Shown here: positions 9,644-21,426 of the stretch, piece by piece
Position numbering within the stretch: position 1 is the first letter of the stretch
Layout: each line of letters begins with the position of its first letter
DNA from: Hyaloraphidium curvatum SAG 235-1
Lineage: Eukaryota; Fungi; Monoblepharomycota
NCBI GenBank assembly: GCA_025558095.1
Contig: JAIVFI010000020.1
Coordinates: 248,001-312,000, forward strand
DNA: 64,000 nt
Reading direction: 5' to 3'
The notes under the pieces: model-generated
What the model was told of the DNA's origin: nothing
What the model saw: only the letters and a program-made list of their open reading frames with translations
Database searches by the model: none
Made by a program: the position numbers and the translations under genes

Positions 9644-11074
9644 CTAGTGAATCTTTTCCTGCTCAGACGATTCCTTTTGGCACTTCGAGCAGTCGCACAG
9701 GAAAAAGTACTCGCTTGCGAGCTTGTTCCTGCGCTCCCCCAGGCGGTCGCTCACTTCCCCGTAGGCGATCGTCAGCTCCTCGCCCTCGGCAATGTCCCTG
9801 CGCGCGTAGAACTCGATCGCCTTCCCAGCCTGCATGCGGTACATGGCCGGATCGCACGAGTGGTTGAAGAAGGCCGCCGTCGGGTACACGGCTGAGCCGA
9901 GGATCTCGGATTCCTCGCCCGCGCCGGGCCGGCCGGCGGCCTCGGCGGGGTCCGTGGGCTCCCAGATGCCGAAGGTGTTGGCGCGCTCGCGGTACACGAC
10001 GCCCCTGAAGAGCTCAGCGGGTGTGAGGTCGGATGACGGGGCGGTCCAGAGCTTCTGGGGGAGGACCACGAGTAGCAAACGGAACGCCCTGACGTCCCGC
10101 ATGAAGGCATCCGATACGGTGGCCCGGGGCTTGCTGCCGGATCTGATCAAGTTCAACTGGCGCAACAGCACAAGACAATAGTCCCGTTCGCAGTTCCGCA
10201 GCAGCCAGTAATCGGCAAAGGATGGAACGCTGTCGTTGAGGCTGACGTCCGCAACCATCTCGACCCCGCCTTCACGCAAAGAGCTGTCCGATTCAACATG
10301 ACGGCGGCAAAGGGCGTACGTCACAGAACGCGCAACGTCCAGTTCGTCCTCTGTGGGCACATAATCCGGGCCGAAAGTTGCGGGTGACAGAGGTTGCTCC
10401 CACAGCAGAGCCCACTGGCTCAAACGTTCCTCCTCTTCCTGTGAGCAGCCGTCCAGCAGCTGTTCTGGGCGTGGCGACCCGTCGTCATCCGCAGGAGACT
10501 GCAATGTCCGGGCAGCGGCGGGCTCCGAAATGCTCAGCAAATCTAACCCGAGGTCCTCGACGGCGCTGTCCTCGTCCTTCCCAGCCTCGGTAGCGCGATT
10601 CTCTTTCATGACTCTTCTTTCCTCCTTTGACAGCGGCTCAATGTTGCCTCCGCTGGATCCCAGCCGTTTGCCGTCTTCCCCCGGCGCTGGACCCGCCAAG
10701 ACCTTGCCCTGTGGCTGCGATTCCCTGCGCTGCTTCAGTCGCTTCCTCCTGTTCACTTCATCCTCAATCTTTTGCAGGCACTCCTCGAGCAGATCGCACC
10801 ATGGCTCCTTCCGCGACTCCTCCAGGCACACCTCGCTGCAGAACCACCGCCTGCCTTTCGGGCTCTTGACCTTCCACTTGCTGCGGCCTCCGGTAAACAG
10901 GAAGCAGTTGGCACAGACTTCGGGTCTGAATGCGTTGCATATAACGGAGCTGTACGGGAGCGCCCGAAAGACGAGCGTCTCCTTGGGTATCGGGGCCGTA
11001 GCAAAGACAGCCCGCCCCTTGCCCGGACTTCGCCGGATTCGCGCCGGAGTGCTAGCCATTGAATCATTCAGCAT
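9644..11074 (-). CDS. SET-domain lysine methyltransferase with MYND-type insertion (SMYD/Set6-like)
   Basis: GKGRAVFAT, CANC...WFCSEVC, AAFFNHSCDP, EELTIAY and post-SET FLCDCSKC. Confidence 0.85.
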   Translation of the reverse strand: MLNDSMASTPARIRRSPGKGRAVFATAPIPKETLVFRALPYSSVICNAFRPEVCANCFLFTGGRSKWKVKSPKGRRWFCSEVCLEESRKEPWCDLLEECLQKIEDEVNRRKRLKQRRESQPQGKVLAGPAPGEDGKRLGSSGGNIEPLSKEERRVMKENRATEAGKDEDSAVEDLGLDLLSISEPAAARTLQSPADDDGSPRPEQLLDGCSQEEEERLSQWALLWEQPLSPATFGPDYVPTEDELDVARSVTYALCRRHVESDSSLREGGVEMVADVSLNDSVPSFADYWLLRNCERDYCLVLLRQLNLIRSGSKPRATVSDAFMRDVRAFRLLLVVLPQKLWTAPSSDLTPAELFRGVVYRERANTFGIWEPTDPAEAAGRPGAGEESEILGSAVYPTAAFFNHSCDPAMYRMQAGKAIEFYARRDIAEGEELTIAYGEVSDRLGERRNKLASEYFFLCDCSKCQKESSEQEKIH

Positions 11075-11272
11075 TGATATGGTATCGTAGATGACCAGAT
11101 GGAGCTTTCAAAGCTCATCGCGCGGTATGGACGTTTGTTTGGTCGCGCGCCAGCGGCGGCCCGTCGACCCAGCAATCGGCAGGGACCCTCTCCCGCGTGA
11201 CCCAGGCGACTCGGGCCGGAGGCACCCATCGGTGCAGCAGGACAGTTGGAAGGTGCACTCCCTCACCATCCA

Positions 11273-12662
11273 ATGACTTTGCGGGGTGGCAGCAGCCGGC
11301 AGAACGTAGGGCAGAAGTCCGATGAGGGTCCTGGTGCACCCGGCCATCGCAGGCGCAAGAGCAGCCCGGCGGTGCTCCAAGGCACCGAACCATGCGCATG
11401 GGAGCGACCTCAGCTGACCCTGCTTACTCCGACTGTCGGGCCGGTGGCTTCCGATGTGGAATGGGGTTCGGACATCGTTCTGGGTCTTTGGAGCGACGTG
11501 GAGGCCTCGTTGCTGGAATGGGACGCCAAGGAAGCGTTGTTTCCGCCTCTGAAGTCTCCGGGAGAAGGACAGTCTGCCGCATTATCAGAACCGCGTCTCC
11601 GCGATCGGGACGAGTTGCATTCGCCAAATCCAGCTACCCGTTTCGGCACAAAGGCTCCCCTTCGCATCGTCGACCTTCCGCAGGAAGTTCTTCTGAAGAT
11701 CATGTGGCATGTTGAGGACACTGACTTGCAGGTATGCCGTTGAGGCACGCCATTTAAGCACCAGCTGACAGTGGCTGCAGACGCTGGCTCACGTGTCGCG
11801 GCTCTTTCGAGCGCTCTCTACAGACCCCGTGCTTTGGATCCGGTACATCCTGTTCACGAGGAACCCGTGGCGTTTGCGCTATCATCTGAGCCTCCCCCAA
11901 CGACCGACCCGGGAGCAGCTCGTTGAAGCCAACATCCTGAAGTGTGGAATCGCCGCGGTCCGCGACGGGGTCTACATCAACGGCCCGCAGGCGGGGGTGC
12001 AGTACGATGCAAGGAGGAAGGTCTGGCGCTCGCTCGTCGAAAGGAGCTTGGGCCGGCGGCTGGCCAAGCGACCGACCATGGAGGAGCTGCGTGAGAAGAA
12101 CGTGCTGCCAGTGGAAGCGTTCGTCCCGATCGACTCACTAGCGAACTCGCGGCCTCAAGGCCGCTTCGTTAGGAGCGCAACGGTGCCTGCGCTCTCCGGT
12201 GACTCGGACGATTCGGACCCAACTCGCAGCCGGATGGACATGCCGTCTTCTCCCAGCCCCCCGCCCCGCATCTGTTCCAGCCCCTTGCTGCCGAAGGTCG
12301 TCCAGCTATCGCAAGCTTTGAAGAAAGACAAGTTGAAGCGACGCATGGAGGGCCGCCGAATTCTCGACGATTTGCGGGAAGGAACGAGCGTCGTACCGAT
12401 CGCCAGCAGATCCGGCGCGGGCGCTACAACAGGCTCGATCCGGATGAACGAGACCCTGCACCGCGTTCCGGCCTCTGCAGATCGTTACTATCCGTTTTTC
12501 TACCTGGATTTTAAGCAGTGTCGGCGGCCTACTGCCCCGCGCAGCGCGTTGGCAGACAGCATCAGATCAAGCGTTTCCTTCTTCGAATCGGAAGCCAGGA
12601 GGTACGCACCGCCGGCTCCGGCACCGCCTCGACACCGAATCAAGAGCAGCGGTCCGATATGA
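11273..12662 (+). CDS. F-box protein with RPEL repeats
   Basis: F-box IVDLPQEVLLKIMWHV|...VSRLFRALSTDPVLW across intron 11732-11780; RPEL-like RPTREQLVEANIL and LAKRPTMEELREKNVL. Start uncertain. Confidence 0.7.
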
Positions 12663-13237
12663 AGGGTGTAGTCGAGGGGCCAAGTAACTGGTGATGGGAG
12701 AGCAACCTGCCGACGCCATCTCTTCAAAACGTCCCCCCCGCGGCCACACACCCGTCCGTGTGAGTTTTCGCGTTGCGTAGTCGCGGATAGGGCCTGCCGT
12801 TCGCTTCTTGCGAGGCACAGCTTGCCGGGCGGCATAGCTCGGTGGCCTGAGTTGGGGGGGACGACGGGAAGGCGCCGTCGGAAAACCGCGTCGAAGGCCC
12901 GGAAGGACGCTCTCTAGGCCGGATCTGTCGTCATTGGCGCTTGCATGAATAATGCGGCTCGCATCAGTCGCGCTCTTTCTGACCGTCTTGCGCTCTCCGC
13001 CGCTCCAGGTCGCCCTCTCGACACGTCAACGGATCTCTACCGGGGAACTCGGCTCCTCGGGGAGTAGACGGCCACGAATGCACCAGTATCTATTTTGAAC
13101 TTTCCGCGCGCACATTCCGTTTCGTTGAGGTCGGACTGCCGTTCTGGAAGCACCTCTTCAAGACCTTATCAGTTGTTCCGCAGATGCTGTTCACCGGCTG
13201 CCCACATGTCGCGGTGTGAAGCGAGCCACAAACGGAA

Positions 13238-16200
13238 ATGTTGGCCTCGCGCGAAGAACTGTCGGCACAACCGGGCGCGAGCGCCGGCGGTCCTCCGTCA
13301 ACGCCACCTGAGCAAACTCCAGCTTCTGAGCAGGCGACAGAAGAACACGCTGCACAAAAGCCAAGTGCAAAAACCGTTCTGAACCCGTTGGCAGAAGCCT
13401 TCGATTTTGGGCAGGACCACCGGATCACACCATTCTACTCTGTGTCGGAGAGCGGCCAGGAGTCTTTAGGTGGCGAACTTCCGGTGCCCGTGCAGCTTGC
13501 ATCTCTCGACGATGGACAACCTGGGTTCAGCTCCGCAATGGGAGGCATGTCGGGGTTCTCGCCATTCTCTGGAGCGACCGAGATCTTCGTTCCGCCTTTT
13601 CGAGCGGATCGTGCGCCGGCGAAGTCCGAGTATGCGCAGCACGTGTCGGGCTCCACCTTCTTTCCGAATCGGACCGGCATTGGAAGTGACCGAGGCATGG
13701 ATTTCGGATTCGGTGGTCTCAGCAGCGCGCAAGAAGACGTCACATCGCCGGGCCTTCGAGGCATAAGGCCGTCGATGGTGGTCGCGGATCGAATGCAACG
13801 CAGGAGCGAGGCACCGGCCGGAGATCTCGAGGGCTACTTCTCTCCAACAGATCAGGAACGGCAGTTTTCAGAGCGCTCGAGCCGCAACATGGGGGCAATT
13901 GGGTATCGGGACGAGCCAGGAGCGCGTCCAGGATTCCGGGGGAGGTCACTTGCGGACGATTGGTCGGAGCTCGATCAGAACTCCTATGCTGCCCGCGGGA
14001 TTGCGAACTGGAATCGTTGGGAATCGGGAGGTCTGGATCTCAGTGGCGCAGAAGAGTCTGCTGACCGGTCTGCGGCCGCTGGATACTTCGGCCAACTCGG
14101 CGACGAAAGCAGCAACAGGCCCCCGCTATCGCGGTTCAGTGGGGAAGCCCGGGGCGAGCCGTTTGATTTCGGTGGTGCTCGTGCAATCCGGCGCGCTCCG
14201 GACGAGTTCTTCGACTCGAGGGGCAATCAGCTACACGGGCTCGGCGTCACGCGCCGGACAGCTCCGGAAGACCTTTCGTTTCGTCAACCTGCGATGTCTC
14301 GCGCCCAAGGCATGCCAATCTCATTGGACCAAGATCTTTTTCGTGCTGCGATGCCGAGACGTCCCCGACACCCCCCGGAACCGCCTCCGCCTGTCTTGTC
14401 AAGTGAGTTAGCAGCTCTTCTCCAGCAGACTGGCAGGGCGCAGAACAAGACGTGGATGGAGACGCATGGATCCGATGCAACGATGTTTGAGCCTCGCGGT
14501 CAACGGGTTTGGGACGAGCCTCGGTCACGCACAGCAGAACCTGGGTATGGATACGGGTTGGGATCTGGTGCACCATTGGCAGGTCGAGCGCAAAGTCAAG
14601 CATCTCATGCTGCGAGCATTGGGCAGCTTTCAGCGCGTGCGCCGGGGTCCAGCCCGTCCCTGAGCTCGTCGGGTTCTGTTGCTGGACGCTTTACCTCAGG
14701 CACTGCCACGGACGAACAGCTGCTGCTGCAGCAACTGAGCCAGTTGCCTCCAAGCCAGCGTCACCTTGCTCTGCAGCGCCTAGCACAGCGCCAGATGATG
14801 TCTCCGCCTCCGGCCTCGGACGACAGGGACATCGCCGGCAAGCTTTCAAGCCTATCCCTTTCTCCCTCCTTTTCCCAGCAGATCTGGTCTCCGAACCTAC
14901 CTGCGGCAGACCCCGCGGGCACAAGGCCCTTGGCTTCTCCGATTGACAGGTCGATGCCTGGTTTCGAAGCGTTCGAAGCGGCATCATTTGCGACGACGCC
15001 CGTCAGTGGAGAAAGTGACTCAACTCGGATCGGCTCGCCCACGGGCCAGTTCGGCCGTTTTGTCGAGCCAAGCCCTCGGCCATCGGAACGGTCGACAACG
15101 CTGCCGCGTCCGACGCCTTCACAAGTGCACGGCTTGTCCCGGACCAAGAAAGCAAACCTGGATTGGCTGCCACACAGCATCCTCCTCCGAGTTCTCGGTT
15201 TCCTGAAGCCTATCCGCCATCCGTTCTCTGCGGTGCAACCTCCGGCACCTTCACCGACAAGAGATCTTCACAGCTTTGCTCGCGTCTCGCGCAAGCTGCA
15301 TTTCGCAGCAGTGCCAGTTTTGTGGTCGAGGCTAGTGCTTCGCACGGATCCGCATGTGAGGTCGTGCATCGCCAGCGTTGCTCGGCGTGTACAGTGGCAA
15401 GGCCCTGGAGCGAGTTTGGCCGTTTGGACCAGGAGCATCGAAGTCTGGGCACCGGTCGCTTCGGAAGTGGCCGCCGCTCTGCGCGTCATAATCATGGAAG
15501 CGACCCGGGCTCCGAATGGCGGGATCCAGGAGCTGGCACTCACTTGCGCTCCTGGCATGGACGAGATCATACTCTTTCGAATGTTCGAAAGCTCGAGCCC
15601 GGCGATGCTCGAGACTTTGCGCCTTCGCGGGGCGGGAGTGACTGAGCGCTTGGCCAACACCGTCGTGATGTGGTGCCGGAACGTCCGGACTGTCGAGTTT
15701 TCTTCCGCAAACCTCGTCTCTGGTGAGACGCAACGTGGGGTGCCAACTGTATTCTCGTCTCACATTCAGTTCACCAGATCAAGTCATCGCGTACATGCTG
15801 GAGAATCTGAAACTCTCCAATCTGCAGCTCCACCGCTGCCTTCGAGTCACGGACCTCACGCTTCAGGCCGTCGCTGCGCACTGCAAGAAAATCGAAGCGC
15901 TGAGTTTGGACATGTCGGCACCGACGAACCTCGCGCATTCCAGGCTCGGGGCGCCGAACAGCATTACCGATCGGGGACTGGTCGAACTCGCGAGGACGTG
16001 CCGCAGGCTCCGGAGTGCAAGGCTCGTCGATTGCGACGTCAGTGACGTCGGGCTCGATGCCCTAGTCATCGCTGGCAGGGATCTGGAGGTCGTCGAGATT
16101 TCGACGACGGACGCGGCACTCAAGACCCTTGCAGCTCTTGCGACGTCCGGATCCTCATACGATATTCCGATGTTGGCAAGCACCCTTCCGCTCCGTAACC

Positions 16201-17052
16201 TCGGAGACCGTGCGTTGCAGAACTTGTTCCGAACGTGCCATGTGAGTTTCATAACACGAGTTCGCGGAAGGTCGCTGCTTATTTGGCTTGCTCGGTCAGC
16301 TGCTGCGGCGATTCAAACTTTCTTCGAGGCATCTGGCATACGGGGTTCCCAACGATTCTCTCATCCGACTTCTTCACAACTGCCCGTATCTCGAAGCGCT
16401 CGACATCTCCAGGACGCGCGTCACCGATCAAGCGATCATCGCAGCCTTCACTGCCGCGCCTTCGTCGGACCTGGTTCCGCTATCAATCGCAACGCAAGAT
16501 AATGCTAGTTCGCATCCGACGTTCCCGGGATTGCGCTACCTCCTCCTGCACGAGTGTTCCGAGCTCGGTGCCGGCATTCTGCCGGGCATCGCAGCTGCAT
16601 GCCCCAGGCTCAGCGTTCTGAGCCTTGCGAGGGATTCTGCTCCAGCTGCTCCCCATGCGCCCAACTTCACGGACTCGGCGATCGAATCTCTTGTCGCAAG
16701 CCGGGGCTCCGCTTTGCGGGTCCTTGATCTGGCGTTCTCAGCTGCTGGACCCGGCTCGATGAAAGCCATTGCGGCGCGCTGTGGGGCGTTGGAGGTCCTC
16801 AACCTGTTCGGATGCACAAACGTAGCCGTGGCGGATCTGCACCCCGTGATCGAAAGCTGTCCTCAGCTGAGGATCCTCGGATACGACATGCACACGGAAC
16901 AGGTCTTGGCGCTGATCGCCGCGAGGCGCGCAGACCAAAACAACGGAAAACATGCTCAGCTACGTCTGGCCAGGAACAAGCTGATCTGGGACCAGTGGAA
17001 CCTCGTGGACGAGCAGTCCGGCTACGCTGTGTTTGGATCCGACTTTGCCTGA
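13238..17052 (+). CDS. F-box/leucine-rich-repeat protein with a long disordered N-terminus; multi-exon
   Basis: F-box LDWLPHSILLRVLGFL followed by AMN1-type LRRs (VTDLTLQAVAAHCKKIEALSL, ITDRGLVELARTCRRL, LEVLNLFGCTNV). Introns near 15723 and 16242. Confidence 0.8.
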
Positions 17053-17280
17053 TTAGTTTCTACTTGCCGAAGAATACCCGATACCTGACGACTCCATAGG
17101 ACAACCTGAACATACGAAACGACGAATGAACATTCGAAACGACGAATTGACGGACAGCTTTGTCTTTCACCCTCTTCACCAATACCTTGTAGGCGTTCGG
17201 CCAGGAATGACCAGCAATGAACAGCTTTTCTGATGAATGTGTAGCAAATGATTTCTTTGAATGATAAGATACAAACTGAA

Positions 17281-17379
17281 CCATGGCCAAGCTTTGACGG
17301 ATGTTTGAATCAATCCGCATCGTTGGGAGAAATTTGCGATGCAGACGTCATGACGTCGAGCAAAGCTCCAAGCCAATGG
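17281..17379 (-). promoter_or_regulatory. SECIS element in the 3' UTR of the selenoprotein gene
   Basis: Minus strand AGCTTTG...ATGAC-GTCTGCATCG-C-AAA...CGATGCGGAT-TGAT...CAAAGCT: AUGA/GA core, 10-bp helix II and apical AAA. Confidence 0.88.
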
Positions 17380-17400
17380 AACAGTGAGGCAGCAAGATGC

Positions 17401-18092
17401 CTAGGCGCTGGGCTTCGGTGCCACCGATCGGACGGCGGCGAGCAAGTCTGACATAACAGAAACATCGTGAGCGTCAATGGCCGTGGCTCGGTACAGTAAC
17501 CAACCTTCCAGAGGCGCGTGGTCTCCGAACTCCTTCTCCGCATACGAATAGACGACTCCCTTGTCCTTGTCGTACACGCCGATGCCGCCGAGGATGAAGC
17601 CCTCTCCCTTCATGTTCCCCGAATAGCCCTTTGACTCAGCTCTGGCTGCGTTTTGCCGGAGGCTTGAGCCGAAGAGGGAGAAGAAAGAAGCCTTGTTCAA
17701 TTCTCCTCCGGCGACATCGCGGTAAAAGGCCTTGGACTCGTCCAGGAAGAGTTCCAGCGGTTCAGGCCAGAACTCGCGGAACCCCGCAATCTCCAAGGGC
17801 TTGTTCTCCTGCGTCGGGAGGGGTTCGCTTCGGACGGAGCACGGAGCCACGACAGCCACACCTTAATGACCGCCACCAATCGGACCCCCATGTTGCGAAT
17901 CTCCTTTCCGTGCTTTGAGGATAGCTCACCAGCTTCCTCGCGACACAACAATCAGCCGGGCCGGCGGACGGCGAGGACCACGCATGGCGCATCGGCCCAG
18001 AGCGACCCCGCGGTGATGGTTTCCGGCGGTTTCGAAAAGTTGGAGAGCGGCGCGGAGCTCAGCTTCGCCAGGCGGGCGAGCGGCGACGCCAT
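17401..18092 (-). CDS. SELENOU: Selenoprotein U / peroxiredoxin-like 2 (AhpC-TSA_2, PRXL2A/FAM213A family) with Sec in a UxxC motif
   Basis: From ATG 18092: ...CVVLAVRRPG-TGA(17954-17952)-LLCREEAGEL...; intron 17861-17809; GEGFILGG...EKEFGDHA. SECIS downstream. Confidence 0.9.
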
Positions 18093-18378
18093 CGTGTCCG
18101 GAGGGAGGCCGGGAGGGTGGCCTGTCCTTCGTCTGCAGAGAGAGGCAAAGTCCCTGGCCTGGGTCCTGTCCGCGCCTTGGGCACTGTCCGCGTCTCTAGT
18201 TGGGTTTCTTTAGCGCCCCGCGCTTTAGACGCGAAGGCGGCGGTCTCCGAGTGACTCGGAGATGTGGAGTAGTTGACCCGATCCGATCGGAGCGACGAGC
18301 CGCGCGAGTGGCTGATCCTGCCCATTCCACCATCCACTACCATCGTATTGGGCGCAATACATGCGTTACCACGTAATG

Positions 18379-20071
18379 CTACTTCTCAGTCCTTCTGGGG
18401 GGAAGTACATGGCCGGGATTGAGGATTAAGTTGGGATCGAGTGCCGCCTTGATCTTGCGCATCACCTCGATCGCCTCCGGCCCCAGCTCCTGCTCCAGAT
18501 ACTTGATCTTCGAGAGACCGACGCCGTGCTCGGCTGTGCACGTGCCTCCAAGCTCGATCGCGCGCGTTGCCAGCCGTCTCGAAAACTCGAGCGCCTTCGC
18601 GAGCTCGACAGGGTCGTTTCGGCGGATCGGCGTGTTACTGTGATGCGTAGCATCTCCCGCTGGCGTGCCCGGTCAACGCAGCCGTGAGTCCTCCTGCGAG
18701 AAATAGCTTACCATGCGCGAGTTGTTGCATTACGATCCCCAGCTCCTCCTTCCATGCTTTGGCCTGAGCAAAGAAGCCTGCAAGCTCCGAGCTCGGAACG
18801 CCCACGTCCGTGGTAAGAAGATCGAAATCCGAAGCCGGGCCATCGTCGCGAAGAGTGTAGACACTCCAAGTGAGGTTCCTTCGGCTTTCCCACAGCATAT
18901 CGTACTCTTCGTCCGTCTGCGCAGTTCGTGAAGAAAGCGCGCCCCGCTCCTGCGCTATCTGTTCGACCCGCTCCTTCTGCTCCTCCACGAGCCTTGGAGA
19001 TCCTGCATACTCGACGAGCAGAGTGGCCGTTTCCGGGTAGCTTGTGCCTGCGAAACGGTTCGCGCCCTTGATCGCATTCTCGTCCATCAGCTCCAGGCGA
19101 TTGATGGTCATGTTTGTCATGACAATGTCGTGCACCGCCTTTGTCGCTGAAACCACGTCCGGAAAGGCAAACACCGCAACGCTGAGCTTCTCCGGAATCT
19201 TGTGCAGTTTCACCGTGAGCTCGGTGATGATTCCAAGTGTGCCTTCGGAACCAATCATCAGGCTGGTGATGTCGTAGCCGGCCGAGGACTTGTTAGGTCT
19301 CCTCCGAGTCGTGACTATCTGGCCGTCGGGAAGAACGAAGCGCATCCCAACCACCTTTGACTTCATCGTACCGAGCCTCCACGCCCTCGTCCCGCTGCAC
19401 GAACAGGCGGCCATGCCTCCGATCGATGCACCCAGTCCGGGATCCGGCCCCAACATCAGACCGTACGGTGCGAGCTCCTCGTTCAGGTCATTCCAAGCTT
19501 TGCCTGCCTGAACCACAGCTTGCATGTCGTCGCGGTACACCGCAACGGTCGAATTCATTTGCGAAACGTCGATGACGACACCCCGCTGCAAGCTGGGCAC
19601 TGTCTGCCCTTCCAGGGACGTCAGGCTGGCATGCGGCACCACGGGCATCCGGTAACGATTGCAAATCTTGAGCGCGGTCGCCACCTCGCTTTCATTGGTG
19701 CAGAACACCACGGCGTAGGGCAGACTTGGAGGATGTATGGAGACATCCTTGGAACGCGCTCGCAGCAAGGTCTCATCGGTGGAAACGCCCCCCTCCGGCA
19801 TCGCCGACCGCAAGGATTCAAGGCATCCCGGCACGTCCAGTCGCGATTCCGCGGGAGACTCCGCGAGAACCTCGCGGCCGGCACTCGTCACGAGGAGAGA
19901 ACTAGCAATTCCGGCAAGCAAGGCTCCGAAGGCTCCGAAGGTCCTTGCGGGATGCAGACGAGCAGGTCTCACGTCCCCTGTAGCCCCGCGGAGCTGGAAT
20001 CGCGCAAAAGAACCAGATCGTTTTGCGAGCAGTCCATTGAGAAGGCCGAAACCGGCTCTGATTCGGCTCAT
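18379..20071 (-). CDS. DLD1: Mitochondrial D-lactate dehydrogenase (FAD-linked oxidase)
   Basis: Presequence; GPDPGLGASIGGM, KSSAGYDITSLMIGSEGTLGIITE; after an intron, GTCTAEHGVG...LDPNLILNPG. Confidence 0.85.
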
Positions 20072-20153
20072 CGTGGCCCTAGCGGGTGACGGGTCGGTGA
20101 TGGTTGGTTGATTGAGACAGCCGCCCCCGGAGCCCCTTTTTCCCACCGCGAAG

Positions 20154-21239
20154 ATGCGTGGCCACCTTGCACGCGTGTTCCAAAGACCGCTGCTCGCTGT
20201 GCGCGCTCGGTCGGTGCCCCCGGAGGGGAGTGTCTTTCCGAGTGCTGCGACATCGCTGCGTTCCCACGCGACGTCGGCGGGACCGGGACCCGCATCCTCG
20301 ACCATCAACCAGGCAGAGGTTAACAAATTCAGCAGGCTTGCCTCTGAATGGTGGAATCCGAAGGGGCCGTATGAGCTACTGCAGCTCATGAACCCTGTTC
20401 GGGTCCGCTGGATGAGGAGCGTGGTGGACCGCTTCCGAGCTCGAGATGAGGGTGGACTCGGGAGATTGGACTCTTCTGCACTGCCGTTAGAGGGACTGAG
20501 AATCGTCGATGTCGGCAGCGGGGGTGGTTTCCTGTCGGAGGTACGCTTCGGGCAGCTGTCAGACGAGCCCACGTCACCAACACCGCCTCGCAGTCTCTGG
20601 CACGCTTAGGCGCGACAGTCACTGGGGTCGACGCGTCTGCCGAGAACGTCAAGGTGGCTTCGGCACATGCCGCTCTCGATCCCGCTCTGGAGTCTGGCAC
20701 CGGATCTCTGCGGTACATCGCAACGTCGGCAGGCGAGTTTGCCCGCAGGCACCCAGAAACACGGCAGCTGATCCCATCACCTCAACACAGAGGAGCTGGC
20801 CATCACGGAATCTGGGCAGTACGACATCGTTTGCGCTATGGAGGTTGTCGAACACGTGGCGGACGTCGACCAGCTCCTTCGATCGTGCCGGGACCTGCTG
20901 AAGCCAGGCGGCTTCCTGTTCCTGTCCAGCATCAACCGGACCCCCTTCGCGTGGTTTCTGACCATATTCGTGGCGGAAACCGTGCTCGGCCATGTTCCAC
21001 GGGGTACGCACGACTACAACAAGTACATCAGCCCCAAGGAAGTGGAAAGGGCACTCGAACACGTCAGCGGCTACGATATTGTGGACGTCAAGGGAGTCGG
21101 GTACGACCCGTTGGGGAGGAGCTGGTTCACGATGGGGGCGAGCGATCTGGAACTCATGGCGAACTACTTCCTTTGCGCTAGAAAGAAGGCTTCCAAGCGG
21201 AAGGCAAGGTGTAGCAGAATCTGTGCTCGATCATGGTGA
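20154..21239 (+). CDS. COQ3: Ubiquinone biosynthesis O-methyltransferase
   Basis: EVNKFSRLASEWWNPKGP...LQLMNPVR, DVGSGGGFLSE, MEVVEHV and VPRGTHDYNKYI. Two introns, one of them GC-AG (20733-20790). Confidence 0.9.
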
Positions 21240-21426
21240 ATGAAATCTATTTCGATTCGTTTTCCGTCGGCGAGCGCGAGCGAAGTGCCGAAGGTCGGTC
21301 GATTGCGCCAGGTTGCGCCGGAGCGACGCGTCATCCACATTGAGCCTTGTCCACTTCACGAACACCGGCCGGCGCGGGTCCTCGCCAGTCCACGGACTTC
21401 GTCGATACTACCCTCCGCGTTCCGCA

